Virus record (IMG/VR): IMGVR_UViG_3300002054_000060
Direction: 5' to 3' (one strand)
Length of the DNA stretch: 64,000 bases
Origin: a virus
A program made the position numbers and the translations under genes. A model generated the notes under the pieces. That model did no database searches. It was not told the DNA's origin and was given only the letters and a program-made list of their open reading frames with translations. Position 1 is the first letter of the stretch, and each line of letters opens with the position of its first letter. This document shows, one piece after another, positions 39,847-49,613 of the stretch.

Positions 39847-41718
39847 ATGAATGATTTGCAGTTGCCAGCCGATGCGATGCGGCTGCACAGTAAACAGTTT
39901 GAGGTGTTCCGTAACCGCTCGCGTTTCCGCTGTGTGGTGGCTGGGCGCAGATTTGGTAAGTGCCAGAGTTTTGACACTTTGGTGGCAATGCAGGACGGAT
40001 CGTACCAGAAACTCGGCACCATCAAGGCCGGGGATCAGGTACTGGCGCTCAACGAAGCGACCTGCGAGCTTGAGCCGCGCACGGTGCAGCACGTCCATGA
40101 CAATGGCGTGCGTGAGGTCATCACGCTGACATTGACCAACGGGCGTGAAATCACCGCAACGCCCAATCACCCTTTCCTCGTGGATGGGCAGTGGATGGAG
40201 CTACAGGACGTGGAGCCTGGGCAGTTGATGGCGGTATCTAAACGTGAAACTTCGGGCAAGGAGTGCAGTAAGTACATACCGATTCGCTTTGAAGATTTTG
40301 TTGCTCATTTGCGACCTCACTCCAGCAGGGATACCGCGGAACTGCGTGAGCTGTTGAAAAGCTGGCGCAAGCAATCTACCAGCCGCATCAGCACTCGGCG
40401 CTATGAGCAGCTCAGGAAATTCTCAGACGGGCACTTCGATGCGCTGCTGTACGGCGATCTGCAGTTTTGCGAAGTCGAGTCGGTCAAGCACGAGCCAGAG
40501 CCGCAACAGACGTATGACCTGACCGTTGAGGGGCACCACAACTTTGTGGCGAACTCGATGATTACGCACAACACCGTTTTGTCTCAAGCCGAAATCATCA
40601 AGGCCGCCTCCAAGCCCAACAAACAGGTTTGGTACATAGCGCCGACCTACCGCATGGCGAAGCAAATCATGTGGCGAGAAATAAGAGATGTGATACCTCG
40701 CAGGTGGGTGCGCAAGACAAACCAGACCGCCATGAGCATCGACCTGGTTAACGGGTCGCGGATCGAGCTCAAGGGGTCAGATGACCCTGACAAGCTGCGA
40801 GGTGTGGCTCTCGATTTTGTAGTGCTGGACGAGTTCCAAGCTATGCGAAAGGAGACCTGGAGCGAGGCCATCCGGCCAACTCTTGCTACCACAGGGGGTC
40901 AGGCTTTGTTTATTGGGACGCCACTTTTGCGTAACCACCTCTACGACATGTACATGCAGGGCCAGAACCCCGTCAACATCAAAGAGGGCACATTTCGCTC
41001 GTGGCAGTTCGTCACCGCAGACAGTCCGTTTATTCCGCCGCGTGAAATTGAGATGGCGAAGCGCGAACTTGACCCCAAAACTTTCGGGCAAGAGTTCTTA
41101 GCCTCGTTTAATCTAATGTCCGGCAGGGTCTATTACGCCTTCAACCGCGACACCCATGTGGCAGATCTGCCGTTCAATCCCAACTTGCCTCTCTGGGTGG
41201 GTCAGGATTTCAACGTCGATCCGATGGCAGCCTCTGTGATGCAGTGGCACCCTGACCTGAACCAGCTCTGGGTCATCGACGAGATTGTGCTGCCGAACTC
41301 CAACACCCAAGAGGCGGTCGAGGAGCTGGAGCGCCGGTACTGGCGCAACAAGCGCAACACGAATATCTACCCGGATGCGACCGGTGCGAATCGCTCCACC
41401 TCGAGTTTCAAATCCGACATCGACATCATCCGGGACAGTGGCTACAACCGTATCAAGATGCGCAAGGTCAACCCGCCCGTTGCCGATCGAATCGCTGCGG
41501 TCAATAGAATGCTGCTGTCGGCTTCCGGGGCCGTCAGGATGCGTGTTGACCGTAAATGTACGCATCACATTCGCGCCTTTGAGCAGGTGGTCTACAAGCC
41601 CGGCTCTCGCGATGTGGACAAATCAGACGACATCGAGCACATCCTGGATGCCTGCGGTTACACGGTCCACGCTGAGTTCCCCACACGCAAGATACACATC
41701 CTTGGTGTCAACATTTGA
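39847..41718 (+). CDS. terL: terminase large subunit containing a mini-intein
   Basis: VAGRRFGK|T; IAPTYRMAK; LRG..LD.VVLDE; GQDFNVDPM; EHILDACGY; start ATG 39847. Confidence 0.95.
   Translation: MNDLQLPADAMRLHSKQFEVFRNRSRFRCVVAGRRFGKCQSFDTLVAMQDGSYQKLGTIKAGDQVLALNEATCELEPRTVQHVHDNGVREVITLTLTNGREITATPNHPFLVDGQWMELQDVEPGQLMAVSKRETSGKECSKYIPIRFEDFVAHLRPHSSRDTAELRELLKSWRKQSTSRISTRRYEQLRKFSDGHFDALLYGDLQFCEVESVKHEPEPQQTYDLTVEGHHNFVANSMITHNTVLSQAEIIKAASKPNKQVWYIAPTYRMAKQIMWREIRDVIPRRWVRKTNQTAMSIDLVNGSRIELKGSDDPDKLRGVALDFVVLDEFQAMRKETWSEAIRPTLATTGGQALFIGTPLLRNHLYDMYMQGQNPVNIKEGTFRSWQFVTADSPFIPPREIEMAKRELDPKTFGQEFLASFNLMSGRVYYAFNRDTHVADLPFNPNLPLWVGQDFNVDPMAASVMQWHPDLNQLWVIDEIVLPNSNTQEAVEELERRYWRNKRNTNIYPDATGANRSTSSFKSDIDIIRDSGYNRIKMRKVNPPVADRIAAVNRMLLSASGAVRMRVDRKCTHHIRAFEQVVYKPGSRDVDKSDDIEHILDACGYTVHAEFPTRKIHILGVNI
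39961..40572 (+). mobile_element. intein 3, mini-intein without LAGLIDADG motifs (204 aa)
   Basis: CQSFDTLV...ITATPNHPFL...TYDLTVEGHHNFVAN...THN|T. Confidence 0.92.
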
Positions 41719-41771
41719 ACACTGCGGTTGTGCATTACTGATAAAGTGCTATCATTTCAAGCAATTACACC

Positions 41772-41783
41772 GTAAGCACTTAC
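41772..41783. promoter_or_regulatory. 12-bp box GTAAGCACTTAC upstream of portal
   Basis: Symmetric form; 16 bp downstream of a TTGTGC-16-TATCAT promoter-like pair. Confidence 0.8.
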
Positions 41784-41833
41784 TTAGTTTCAACGTGCGT
41801 GAGCAAGCGTGATGCACACCGCCTGACCTTTCG

Positions 41834-43513
41834 ATGCTATTCGCTGACTCCCCAACACCTGATAAGCAAGCGCTGCTACGCCTTATCAACCGACGCCACC
41901 CGGCTTATCGTGAGAACGAAAGTCACTGGCGTTTCTGCCTGTCCAGCTATGAGGCACGCAGGAGTTGGTTCGGGAAGAATATCCACCCCTATTACAAGGA
42001 AGGGGATGAGAACTACGCAAAGCGCATAGAGCGCGCCTACCGGTTCAATCACACCCGTGAGGTGGTGGACCTGGTTAACAAGTATCTGTTTCGCGGCACC
42101 GTTATTCGCAATAGCGATGATGCGCCCAAGTGCTTGACAGACTTCTGGAGTGACGCCACCGGGCGTGGTCAGGACATCGATCAGTTTTCCAAAAAGGCGG
42201 CTAATCGATCCTCAATCATGGGCCGTGTTTGGGTTGTTGTTGACTCAACGCGCACCGAGGCTGTGCTCTCCAAGGCTGATGAGCAGGCCAACGGTGACCA
42301 GGTGTACGCCTACATTGTGCTGCCGCAGGACGTGCTCGATATGTCTTTTGACAGTCGAGGCCGCCTTAACTGGATTTTCATTCGAGAGGCGTTCCGTGAC
42401 GATGAAAACCCATTTACGGGCGAAGCCACCGAGCACAACAATCGCTACCGCTACAGGCTGTGGACGCGCACGGGATGGCTGTTGATCGAGACCGCTCGTG
42501 AGGATGCTGCAGCCGCAGAATCGACCACCACCAGCAGTATGACGAGCAAGGTGCGTATCACCAAGGAAACAAAGGGCGAACACGGACTGGGTGAAGTGCC
42601 GGTGACCTGGTGTGACCACATGGAGGAGGCGGATGAAGCCTACACAACCTCCGGTCTGGTGGCCGACATTGCCTACCTGGATCGCGCCGTGGCGAACTAC
42701 TTGTCAAACCTGGATGTGATCATTCAGGACCAGACCTTCAGCCAGCTTGCCATGCCAGCACAGGGTTTGCTGCCCGGTAAAGAAGGCCACGAGGCGCTTA
42801 TAGAGGCCGGCACCAAGTCCATTTTCACTTACGACGGTGAATCGGGCCAAAAGCCGTTCTATCTTTCGCCCGATGTGGATCAGTCGATGCTGCTGCTGGA
42901 CGTGATCAAGCAGGTCATCAATGAGATTTACCACACCGTTGGCCTATCTGGTGAGCGCACCAAGCAGGACAACGCCCTAGGGGTGGATAACTCCTCGGGT
43001 GTCGCAAAAGCCTATGACTTTGACCGCATCAACGCGATGCTGGTCAACAAAGCGTATGCGTTAGATAAGTTCGAGCAGCGCCTGGCTCGCCTGGTGTGTG
43101 CGTACCACGGCGAAAAAATTGACGCTAAAGCCGAGGACTTCATCAAGTACCCCGAAGACTTTGATGTTCGAGGGCTTGCCGATGAATTTGACATCGCTGC
43201 CAACCTGCAAGTGTTGGGTATGCCTGATGTGGTGCGCCGCGAACAAGCCAGGGGCTTGACCAAGAAGATTTTTCCCCGCGCCTCGAAGTCGCTGCAAAGC
43301 GAGATCGATGACGCACTTGAAGAATGGCCTGTGGATCCGGTTGTGCAGGCCAAGGCGCTTGCGGAGGCTGCGATTCCCAATGCCAATGACGACGGACTCT
43401 CATCTCGACCTACAAAGTCAGATGGCGAGACCGGTATTAAGAAGCCGAGCAGACAAGGCCAGGTCACCGATGACGGTGCCCGGGTCAGCTCACCGAAACC
43501 TGACGAAGATTAA
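41834..43513 (+). CDS. portal protein
   Basis: Position after TerL; 559 aa; RFNHTREVVDL and SGVAKAYDF motifs. Confidence 0.85.
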   Translation: MLFADSPTPDKQALLRLINRRHPAYRENESHWRFCLSSYEARRSWFGKNIHPYYKEGDENYAKRIERAYRFNHTREVVDLVNKYLFRGTVIRNSDDAPKCLTDFWSDATGRGQDIDQFSKKAANRSSIMGRVWVVVDSTRTEAVLSKADEQANGDQVYAYIVLPQDVLDMSFDSRGRLNWIFIREAFRDDENPFTGEATEHNNRYRYRLWTRTGWLLIETAREDAAAAESTTTSSMTSKVRITKETKGEHGLGEVPVTWCDHMEEADEAYTTSGLVADIAYLDRAVANYLSNLDVIIQDQTFSQLAMPAQGLLPGKEGHEALIEAGTKSIFTYDGESGQKPFYLSPDVDQSMLLLDVIKQVINEIYHTVGLSGERTKQDNALGVDNSSGVAKAYDFDRINAMLVNKAYALDKFEQRLARLVCAYHGEKIDAKAEDFIKYPEDFDVRGLADEFDIAANLQVLGMPDVVRREQARGLTKKIFPRASKSLQSEIDDALEEWPVDPVVQAKALAEAAIPNANDDGLSSRPTKSDGETGIKKPSRQGQVTDDGARVSSPKPDED

Positions 43514-43534
43514 CCGTCACAGAGACCCTATCCG

Positions 43535-44452
43535 ATGAAAACCCCTTTCCAGTACGAACTCGACAAGCCCGCTCCGCTGGCTCACCTGAACTACGTGGCC
43601 GATGACGGCAGCGACGGCGGTGAAACACCCAAGGACGCGCCTGCGGCTGATCCCAAACCGAAAGAAGCACCGGCTGCCGATCCTGCGCCCAAAGATCCGC
43701 CTGCTGCTGACCCCAAACCGAAAGAAGAGCCGCCTGCGGACAACAGCCTCGATGACAGCGCAAAGGCTTTGCTGCGCGAAGTCATGGAGAAGAAGGCTCG
43801 CATCAAGGATCTGGAGTCCAAGGGAGTACAGCAGGACGAGAAACGGATAGCCCTTGAGAAAGAGCTGCAAGAGTTCCGCGAGGCCAAGCAAGCCGCCGAG
43901 CTCAAAGCGCTGGAGGAATCCAATGACTTTGAGGGCGTCAAGCAACGCATGGCCGAACAGCACAAGCAAGAGATGGCGAACGCCGTCACTGAGGCCACTC
44001 AGACCCTTCAGGAAAAGATCGACAACCTGGAGCAGATGACCAGCGATTACGAGGGCAACATCGCCCAGCTACTGCGCGGCTCCAGCTTCAAGCAGAGCAA
44101 GTACATCGCAGAGGAGACGGTGCTGCCGGCAGCGCACGCAGAGCGCACCTACGAGGACTTTTTCGATGTCGAAGGTATCGAAATCGTCGGATACAACAAG
44201 CCGCGTGGCGAGAAAGAACGCACGCCGCTGGTAGACGGGCAGGGCAAGCCGCTCAAGTTCGAGGAGGCTATCGCTGAGATCGTCAAGGCAGACCCTGATT
44301 ACAACAACATCGCGCGCTCCAAGCTCAAGCCTGGGGCGCAATCCAACACCGCCAGCGCATCCAGCGATGCGCTCGACGACAACAACGGTTCCGATTCGGT
44401 ACGCGGCCTCAGTCGTATCGAAGCCTCCCTGGCGGCTCAGAAAAGCGCCTAA
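43535..44452 (+). CDS. head scaffolding protein
   Basis: Coiled coil; between portal and MCP; N-terminal 10-aa PAADPKPKE repeats. Confidence 0.75.
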   Translation: MKTPFQYELDKPAPLAHLNYVADDGSDGGETPKDAPAADPKPKEAPAADPAPKDPPAADPKPKEEPPADNSLDDSAKALLREVMEKKARIKDLESKGVQQDEKRIALEKELQEFREAKQAAELKALEESNDFEGVKQRMAEQHKQEMANAVTEATQTLQEKIDNLEQMTSDYEGNIAQLLRGSSFKQSKYIAEETVLPAAHAERTYEDFFDVEGIEIVGYNKPRGEKERTPLVDGQGKPLKFEEAIAEIVKADPDYNNIARSKLKPGAQSNTASASSDALDDNNGSDSVRGLSRIEASLAAQKSA

Positions 44453-44525
44453 ACCTCGTCAGCTCTCTCAGCATTCCGTTGGGTGGCAGACATAACAACA
44501 ATTAACCACCCAAGGGGATATACCC

Positions 44526-45434
44526 ATGCCATTGCTACGAGAAGAGTCCGAAAAGCTATCCAACAACATGCTCGAGCGCGGCATCATCGAGGAAATCATC
44601 GACCATGATGACCTTTTCTCGATTTTGCCGTTCAAGCGCGTTGATGGTAAGGCTTACGTCTACAACCGCGAGAAGGAACTCTCCGAAGGCCAGTTCATCG
44701 ACCCGGTGACGGGCACCGTGCCCGAAGGCGCGGCCAGCTTCGATGAGATCACCACCAAACTGCGCGTGCTCGCAGGTCAGGTGCGGGTTGATTCGTTCTT
44801 GGACACCACACAGTCCGACACCAATCCCCAGAAGGCCATCCAGATCGCCATGAAGGCGAAGGGCTTGGGTCGTAAGTTCCGCCGCACGGTGGCTACTGGC
44901 GACACAGGCGCTACTCCGCAGGAGTTCGACGGCATCTCCATGTTGTCCAGCGCAGGGCAGACCCTGGAAGCAGGTGCTGATGGTGCGCCGATGACGCTCA
45001 CCATGCTCGATGAGCTGATTGACGCGGTGCCCAATGGCGCTGATGTGATCGTGATGCGCGAGGGCACCATCCGTCAGTACAAGAATCTGCTGCGCACCTC
45101 TGCAGGTGGTACAGATGCTTCCATGATGCAGCTTCGCAACTTCAGCCGTCCGATGCTCACGCACAACGGCATTCCGATCATCCGTGACACGTTCCTCCCG
45201 GGTGATGAGGTCCAAGGCGCAGAGGCGGAGACCTGCTCTGTGTATGCGATGCGTCTGAACGAAGTGGATGGCCTGCACGCCATCTATGGCGGATCCACCG
45301 CAGGTATCGTGGTCGAGGATCTCGGCATCGATGATGAGTACGACGCGACCAAGACCCGCTTGAAGTGGTACTGCGGCCTGGCGCTCAAGTCCACCCGTTC
45401 GTTGGCTCGCCTGAAGGGCATCACCAACATTTAA
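44526..45434 (+). CDS. major capsid protein
   Basis: Position and 302-aa HK97-like pattern (LPF..V.GKAYVYNRE; EFDGI; RLKWYCGLAL). Confidence 0.88.
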   Translation: MPLLREESEKLSNNMLERGIIEEIIDHDDLFSILPFKRVDGKAYVYNREKELSEGQFIDPVTGTVPEGAASFDEITTKLRVLAGQVRVDSFLDTTQSDTNPQKAIQIAMKAKGLGRKFRRTVATGDTGATPQEFDGISMLSSAGQTLEAGADGAPMTLTMLDELIDAVPNGADVIVMREGTIRQYKNLLRTSAGGTDASMMQLRNFSRPMLTHNGIPIIRDTFLPGDEVQGAEAETCSVYAMRLNEVDGLHAIYGGSTAGIVVEDLGIDDEYDATKTRLKWYCGLALKSTRSLARLKGITNI

Positions 45435-45446
45435 GGTGTGCAGTAA

Positions 45447-45458
45447 GTAAGCACCTAC
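45447..45458. promoter_or_regulatory. 12-bp box (GTAAGCACCTAC)
   Basis: Right after the MCP stop; 11/12 match. Confidence 0.7.
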
Positions 45459-45528
45459 TGAGCGAGTGGCTGCAAGGTCGCTCGCTCAGTGTTGCCCACC
45501 CCTTCGTGCGTCATTCGGGAGAAAACAG

Positions 45529-46311
45529 ATGCCAAAGCGAGTCAAGATCAACATGCCGGGGTTTCAAGCCGGCGAAATAGAGCTGGACGGTGCCAAGTTC
45601 GTCAAGGGGGTGTCTGTTGATGAACTCTCTGACGCACAGATTGCCCGTATCGGCGGAACCTACCCACTGGTAGACGCAGACGGCGAGGACCACATCGGCC
45701 CCGGTGCCGATCTTGTGGCTCAACGCGCCGAGCGTGTCGAGCGCCAAGAATCACTCAAGAGCCAAGAGGCCAAGCGCAACGCCAAGAAATCACTGGATGC
45801 GCGTGTCAACGAACGTTTGAAAACCACCCTGACAGGCTTGATGAGCAAGGGGCAATTGCTGGAGATCGCTGACGCTCGCGGCATCCAGGGCTTGCACGTT
45901 GTCGCCAAGCAGTTCTCTGTCGAGGGCAACACTATCGAGGAGCTTGTCGAGGTGATTCTCAAAGGGCAGGAGGCCGCTCTTGTTCAGAAACGCGCCGACC
46001 TCGAGAAACAGGTGCGTGAAGAGGACGCAGCTTCTGGTGAAGCCGAAGAGCTTGACGAAGAAGCGGAAGCGGAAACCGCCGCTGCTGAGAAGGAAGCTGC
46101 TGAAGAGCAAGCCGCCGCTGACGCAGAAGCCAAGGCCGAGCAGGACAAGGCCAACAAGGAAGCCCGTGAGAAGAAAGCTGCTGCTGCCAAGAAGGCGGCT
46201 GACAAGAAGAAAGCTGCTGCCAAGAAGGCGGCTGAAAAAAAGGCTGCTGCCGCCAAGAAGTCCGCTGCCAAGAAGAAAGAAGCAGCCTCGAAGAAAAAGG
46301 CTGCCAAGTAA
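45529..46311 (+). CDS. virion-associated protein with histone-H1-like Lys/Ala tail
   Basis: Start ATG 45529 after GGGAGA; tail KKAAAAKKAADKKKAAAKK... Confidence 0.75.
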   Translation: MPKRVKINMPGFQAGEIELDGAKFVKGVSVDELSDAQIARIGGTYPLVDADGEDHIGPGADLVAQRAERVERQESLKSQEAKRNAKKSLDARVNERLKTTLTGLMSKGQLLEIADARGIQGLHVVAKQFSVEGNTIEELVEVILKGQEAALVQKRADLEKQVREEDAASGEAEELDEEAEAETAAAEKEAAEEQAAADAEAKAEQDKANKEAREKKAAAAKKAADKKKAAAKKAAEKKAAAAKKSAAKKKEAASKKKAAK

Positions 46312-46385
46312 TACGCAACACACCGAACCCGCAAGGGGCAAGTGACCCGCAAGAGTCACGTTAGAGCCGGTATTTCCTGCCTCGG

Positions 46386-46973
46386 ATGCCGGCTCTCTTT
46401 TTACATCGAGAGCTGCCTGTAGCCATGCCGACTTTGGATTTGGATGACCCAACAAGCGGGAACTTGACTCTCACTACTGACGATCTTGTGGTGGGCGTGA
46501 ACACCGCGCTCACCCTTGAGCGTGCTCAATTTCTTGCCACAGTAAACACAGAGTTCGCCGCATGGAATGCGTTATCACTGCAAGAACGAATCGCAGGATT
46601 GTTGGGGGCATGGCAACAAATGAAGTTGATACCGCTAAAGGCCGAAGGCTTTGTGTGGCGCAACGTCGAGGACCGAGAGTGCAGAGCTTGCTTCACGCTG
46701 TATGACCTCTCCGTGGAGGACTACGCCGCACTGCCAGAGCAAATGCACGAAGCCCTTGAGTGGGCAGCCATGCAGACTGCTATGACCAACACGGCAGCCG
46801 GAGCTTGTAACGCGGACGAGCAGCGCGAGCAAGGCATTTTGCACTCGCGCAGCAAGGATTCCAGCCACATGTTTCGCCCGGGTATCCCACTGCGGCTACC
46901 CATACCCAGAGGTGCCATCAACCGGTTGGGCCCCTGGCTTTGCATGTGGAACGCACGCACCGCTCGTGTATAA
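46386..46973 (+). CDS. putative head-tail adaptor
   Basis: Synteny only. Confidence 0.5.
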   Translation: MPALFLHRELPVAMPTLDLDDPTSGNLTLTTDDLVVGVNTALTLERAQFLATVNTEFAAWNALSLQERIAGLLGAWQQMKLIPLKAEGFVWRNVEDRECRACFTLYDLSVEDYAALPEQMHEALEWAAMQTAMTNTAAGACNADEQREQGILHSRSKDSSHMFRPGIPLRLPIPRGAINRLGPWLCMWNARTARV

Positions 46974-47634
46974 CCTCAACGCCATAGAAACTGCCGCTGG
47001 ACTGTTGTCGCAGCAGTACATCAGCGCGGTGAAACTACTGCGCGAAGAGGCAAGAATTGTTGCAACAGACCCCGCTGCGAGCAGGCGCCAACTGAGCAAC
47101 GCCCACAAGCTCGTGAAGTCGCAAAGTGATACCAGACGCAAGGAATTGATTGCCGAGACGCTATGGGCTGTCAAGTCGTCCCAGATGATGCCCCCGGACA
47201 GGAAGTGTCTGGCTAACACGCAGGAAGCGCTGGTTAATCAGGTGCGCAGCCAGTTTTTGCTTGAAACAGTGGCCGTTGATAACCAATTGTCGGTTATGCA
47301 AACAGCTCGCCGGATGGGTAGCCTGCAAAGTGTAAGTGCCACGCTGAATCAAATGAAAATGCCGATCACCAGTATTTCTCGAGACGGCAAGAAAATACTG
47401 GCTGAGCGCTATGTCTACCTGGTCGCTCGCGGCGCTTTTATTGCTCTACACAACGACAGTCGTGTGATCGATGCAGAGGGCGCTGATAACGAATTGCATC
47501 TGGAAGTCATCAACACTGACAAAGGCCATCGCCATCACGGGGCGAGATTGACTGTCGAGGAATACTGGCAAGTGCGTGACACCTGGTTTCACCCCAACAC
47601 GCAGTCTTTGTTGCACATCAAGGGGGATGACTGA
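46966..47634 (+). CDS. putative head morphogenesis protein
   Basis: GTG 46966 overlaps the previous stop; synteny only. Confidence 0.45.
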   Translation: MYNLNAIETAAGLLSQQYISAVKLLREEARIVATDPAASRRQLSNAHKLVKSQSDTRRKELIAETLWAVKSSQMMPPDRKCLANTQEALVNQVRSQFLLETVAVDNQLSVMQTARRMGSLQSVSATLNQMKMPITSISRDGKKILAERYVYLVARGAFIALHNDSRVIDAEGADNELHLEVINTDKGHRHHGARLTVEEYWQVRDTWFHPNTQSLLHIKGDD

Positions 47635-47985
47635 GTGTTTTGCCCCTCCAGCGTATGTCGCGTCAGCCGTCGCGCTATTGGCTCTAACATATACGGTGAG
47701 TACGACTACGGTGACTATGAGACGGTGCGTTGCTCCGTGCTTGACCATAATGTTGAGCGGGCTCAGACAACGGTGCGTGCCGATAGCGGCGGATCCCGCG
47801 GCTATGGCTTTGAGAACTCGGGTGACTTGATACTGGGCTTTATGCCAAATGACCCGATCAGGAACAGTGACAGAATCGAGCTGTATAACCAAGAGTACCG
47901 GGTAATCAACGTATTCCCGATCGCCAACAGCTTTGGCAAGGTCACTTATCTCGAGGTGCTTTGCGCTATCTGGCAGAGCAACTAA
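47635..47985 (+). CDS. putative head closure protein
   Basis: Beta-rich 116 aa with D.I....EYRVI.V pattern; synteny. Confidence 0.6.
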   Translation: MFCPSSVCRVSRRAIGSNIYGEYDYGDYETVRCSVLDHNVERAQTTVRADSGGSRGYGFENSGDLILGFMPNDPIRNSDRIELYNQEYRVINVFPIANSFGKVTYLEVLCAIWQSN

Positions 47986-48440
47986 TGGCTACTGTCAAAG
48001 TAAAAGGGCTCAATCGCACGGTATCCAGGCTCAAGCGTCGCAAGTTCCTCGTGCGTGACAACGGCAGCCGAGCTCTGCTGAATGCCGCCGAAGAAATGGC
48101 TTTTACAGCCTCACTCATGGCGCCTCGCGAAAGCGGCACACTTGAGTCAAGTATCAAGGTTGATGACATCGAGGAAAACGGCTCTCGCATTTCCGCTGAT
48201 ATTTACGTAGACGGATCGCTGGTGAACCCCAGCGGCAGAAGCCTTGCCAAGTACGCGCTGCCTGTGCACGATCAGGTTGAGCCGGCTGGGGGTAAAGAGC
48301 TTGGGGCAATCTCCGAGGCCAAGCAGCTCTCAACAGATGAGATTGTCGGGGGTGGGTTCATGAGTCGCGCCTTTGTAGAGCAGCGCGACCAGGCCCGCAC
48401 CGGGATTATTGCCTCCATCCGAAAGGCACTGAGACTCTGA
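47985..48440 (+). CDS. HK97 gp10-like tail completion protein
   Basis: MATVKVKGL...APRESGTLESSI...YAL.VH...FM.RA. Confidence 0.7.
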   Translation: MATVKVKGLNRTVSRLKRRKFLVRDNGSRALLNAAEEMAFTASLMAPRESGTLESSIKVDDIEENGSRISADIYVDGSLVNPSGRSLAKYALPVHDQVEPAGGKELGAISEAKQLSTDEIVGGGFMSRAFVEQRDQARTGIIASIRKALRL

Positions 48441-48847
48441 TGCAATTTCTCGAAGCACTGGCGATAGAGCTCGCCGAACAGGGCGTAGGCAGCATCGCCG
48501 GAGACGATCAGGATATCTACGTTAACCGGTTCAATGAGGAGCAGGACAGCGCGATCCTGCTCCTCAATAGACTGACGGGCTCTAGCCAATACCCTGAAAT
48601 GCCTCGTTACCGCATGACTCGCTTCCGCGCCATCGTGCGTGGCACGCGCTACGCAGATACGATCGCTCGTGCGTGGACGGTTTCCAACACGCTACGCACG
48701 CATCAAGATCGGGAGCTGTCAGGTGTTCTTTTCAAGGAGCTTTGGCCCCTGTCCGACCCCAATCCATTGCCAAAGTCAGGCGGGGACTACCTTGAAGTGC
48801 TGACTACCTTTGAGACTCGATTCATTCTGATGGATCAGGTGTGGTAG
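48440..48847 (+). CDS. putative tail terminator / minor capsid family protein
   Basis: Synteny upstream of the tail tube; F..IVRG..Y pattern. Confidence 0.6.
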   Translation: MQFLEALAIELAEQGVGSIAGDDQDIYVNRFNEEQDSAILLLNRLTGSSQYPEMPRYRMTRFRAIVRGTRYADTIARAWTVSNTLRTHQDRELSGVLFKELWPLSDPNPLPKSGGDYLEVLTTFETRFILMDQVW

Positions 48848-48857
48848 CAATAACCAA

Positions 48858-48869
48858 GTAAGTGCTAAC
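48858..48869. promoter_or_regulatory. 12-bp box (GTAAGTGCTAAC) upstream of tail tube
   Basis: 11/12 match; intergenic. Confidence 0.7.
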
Positions 48870-48968
48870 TAAGTGATAACATTCGGGAAGGTTCGTGCGA
48901 TCTGTAGCCGAGCTTTGTTTTTCTGAAGGCAGTTGTTGCTTTCGACATTCATAAAAACACGCACTTGA

Positions 48969-49526
48969 GTGCGGGAGGGTAAGGCCATCGGCGCAGAAAA
49001 TATCAACATCGGACCATGCAACGTCACCTATAAGGGTGTCGATCTTGGATTGACCAAAGGCGGAGTTAGCCTTGAGGTCTCAACCGACAAGTACGAAACC
49101 ACGGTTGATCAGTTTGGCGACACACCTGTATTTTCAACGATCAACAAGCGGGATGTGATGGTCACAGTGCCAATGGTGGAGACCACCATTGATAACCTGG
49201 CGCTCACCATGCCTGGGTCAAAGATCATCGTAGACGATACTGACCCAACAATACGACGTATCGACATCAGCTCGGGCGTCGGCATCAACCTGCTGGAGAT
49301 TGCAGGGCCCTTGGTGCTGCATCCGATCAGTCAGGCTGATGATGATTTCTCCAAAGATGTAGAAATTCCCTTAGCTACTACAGGAGGTGGTCTGTCGTTC
49401 GCCTACGAAACCAACGAAGAGCGAATCTTCAATGTTGAGTTCATGGGATTTGTGAACACCGACACAGCAAGCGAAAACTACCAGTTGCTGCTTTCGGTGG
49501 GTGATCCCGCAGCCACTGCTGCGTAA
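48969..49526 (+). CDS. major tail tube protein
   Basis: IGPCNVTYKGVDLGLTKGGV; start codon uncertain (see findings). Confidence 0.85.
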   Translation: MREGKAIGAENINIGPCNVTYKGVDLGLTKGGVSLEVSTDKYETTVDQFGDTPVFSTINKRDVMVTVPMVETTIDNLALTMPGSKIIVDDTDPTIRRIDISSGVGINLLEIAGPLVLHPISQADDDFSKDVEIPLATTGGGLSFAYETNEERIFNVEFMGFVNTDTASENYQLLLSVGDPAATAA

Positions 49527-49532
49527 GTAAAA

Positions 49533-49568
49533 CCCCTGACCGGGAGCAAGCAGCCTCCCGGTCAGGGG
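49533..49568. other. 14-bp perfect stem-loop between tail tube and chaperone genes
   Basis: CCCCTGACCGGGAG / CTCCCGGTCAGGGG. Confidence 0.8.
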
Positions 49569-49613
49569 CAATGTTCAATCGCTGTTCAAAACTAGAGGCA
49601 AGTAATACACCGC

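Noticed and set aside
45790-46455. Long antisense ORFs over structural genes (also 43517..43969, 44556..45278, 52914..53912)
   Set aside because: Shadow frames of GC-rich or repetitive + strand genes with clear phage function.
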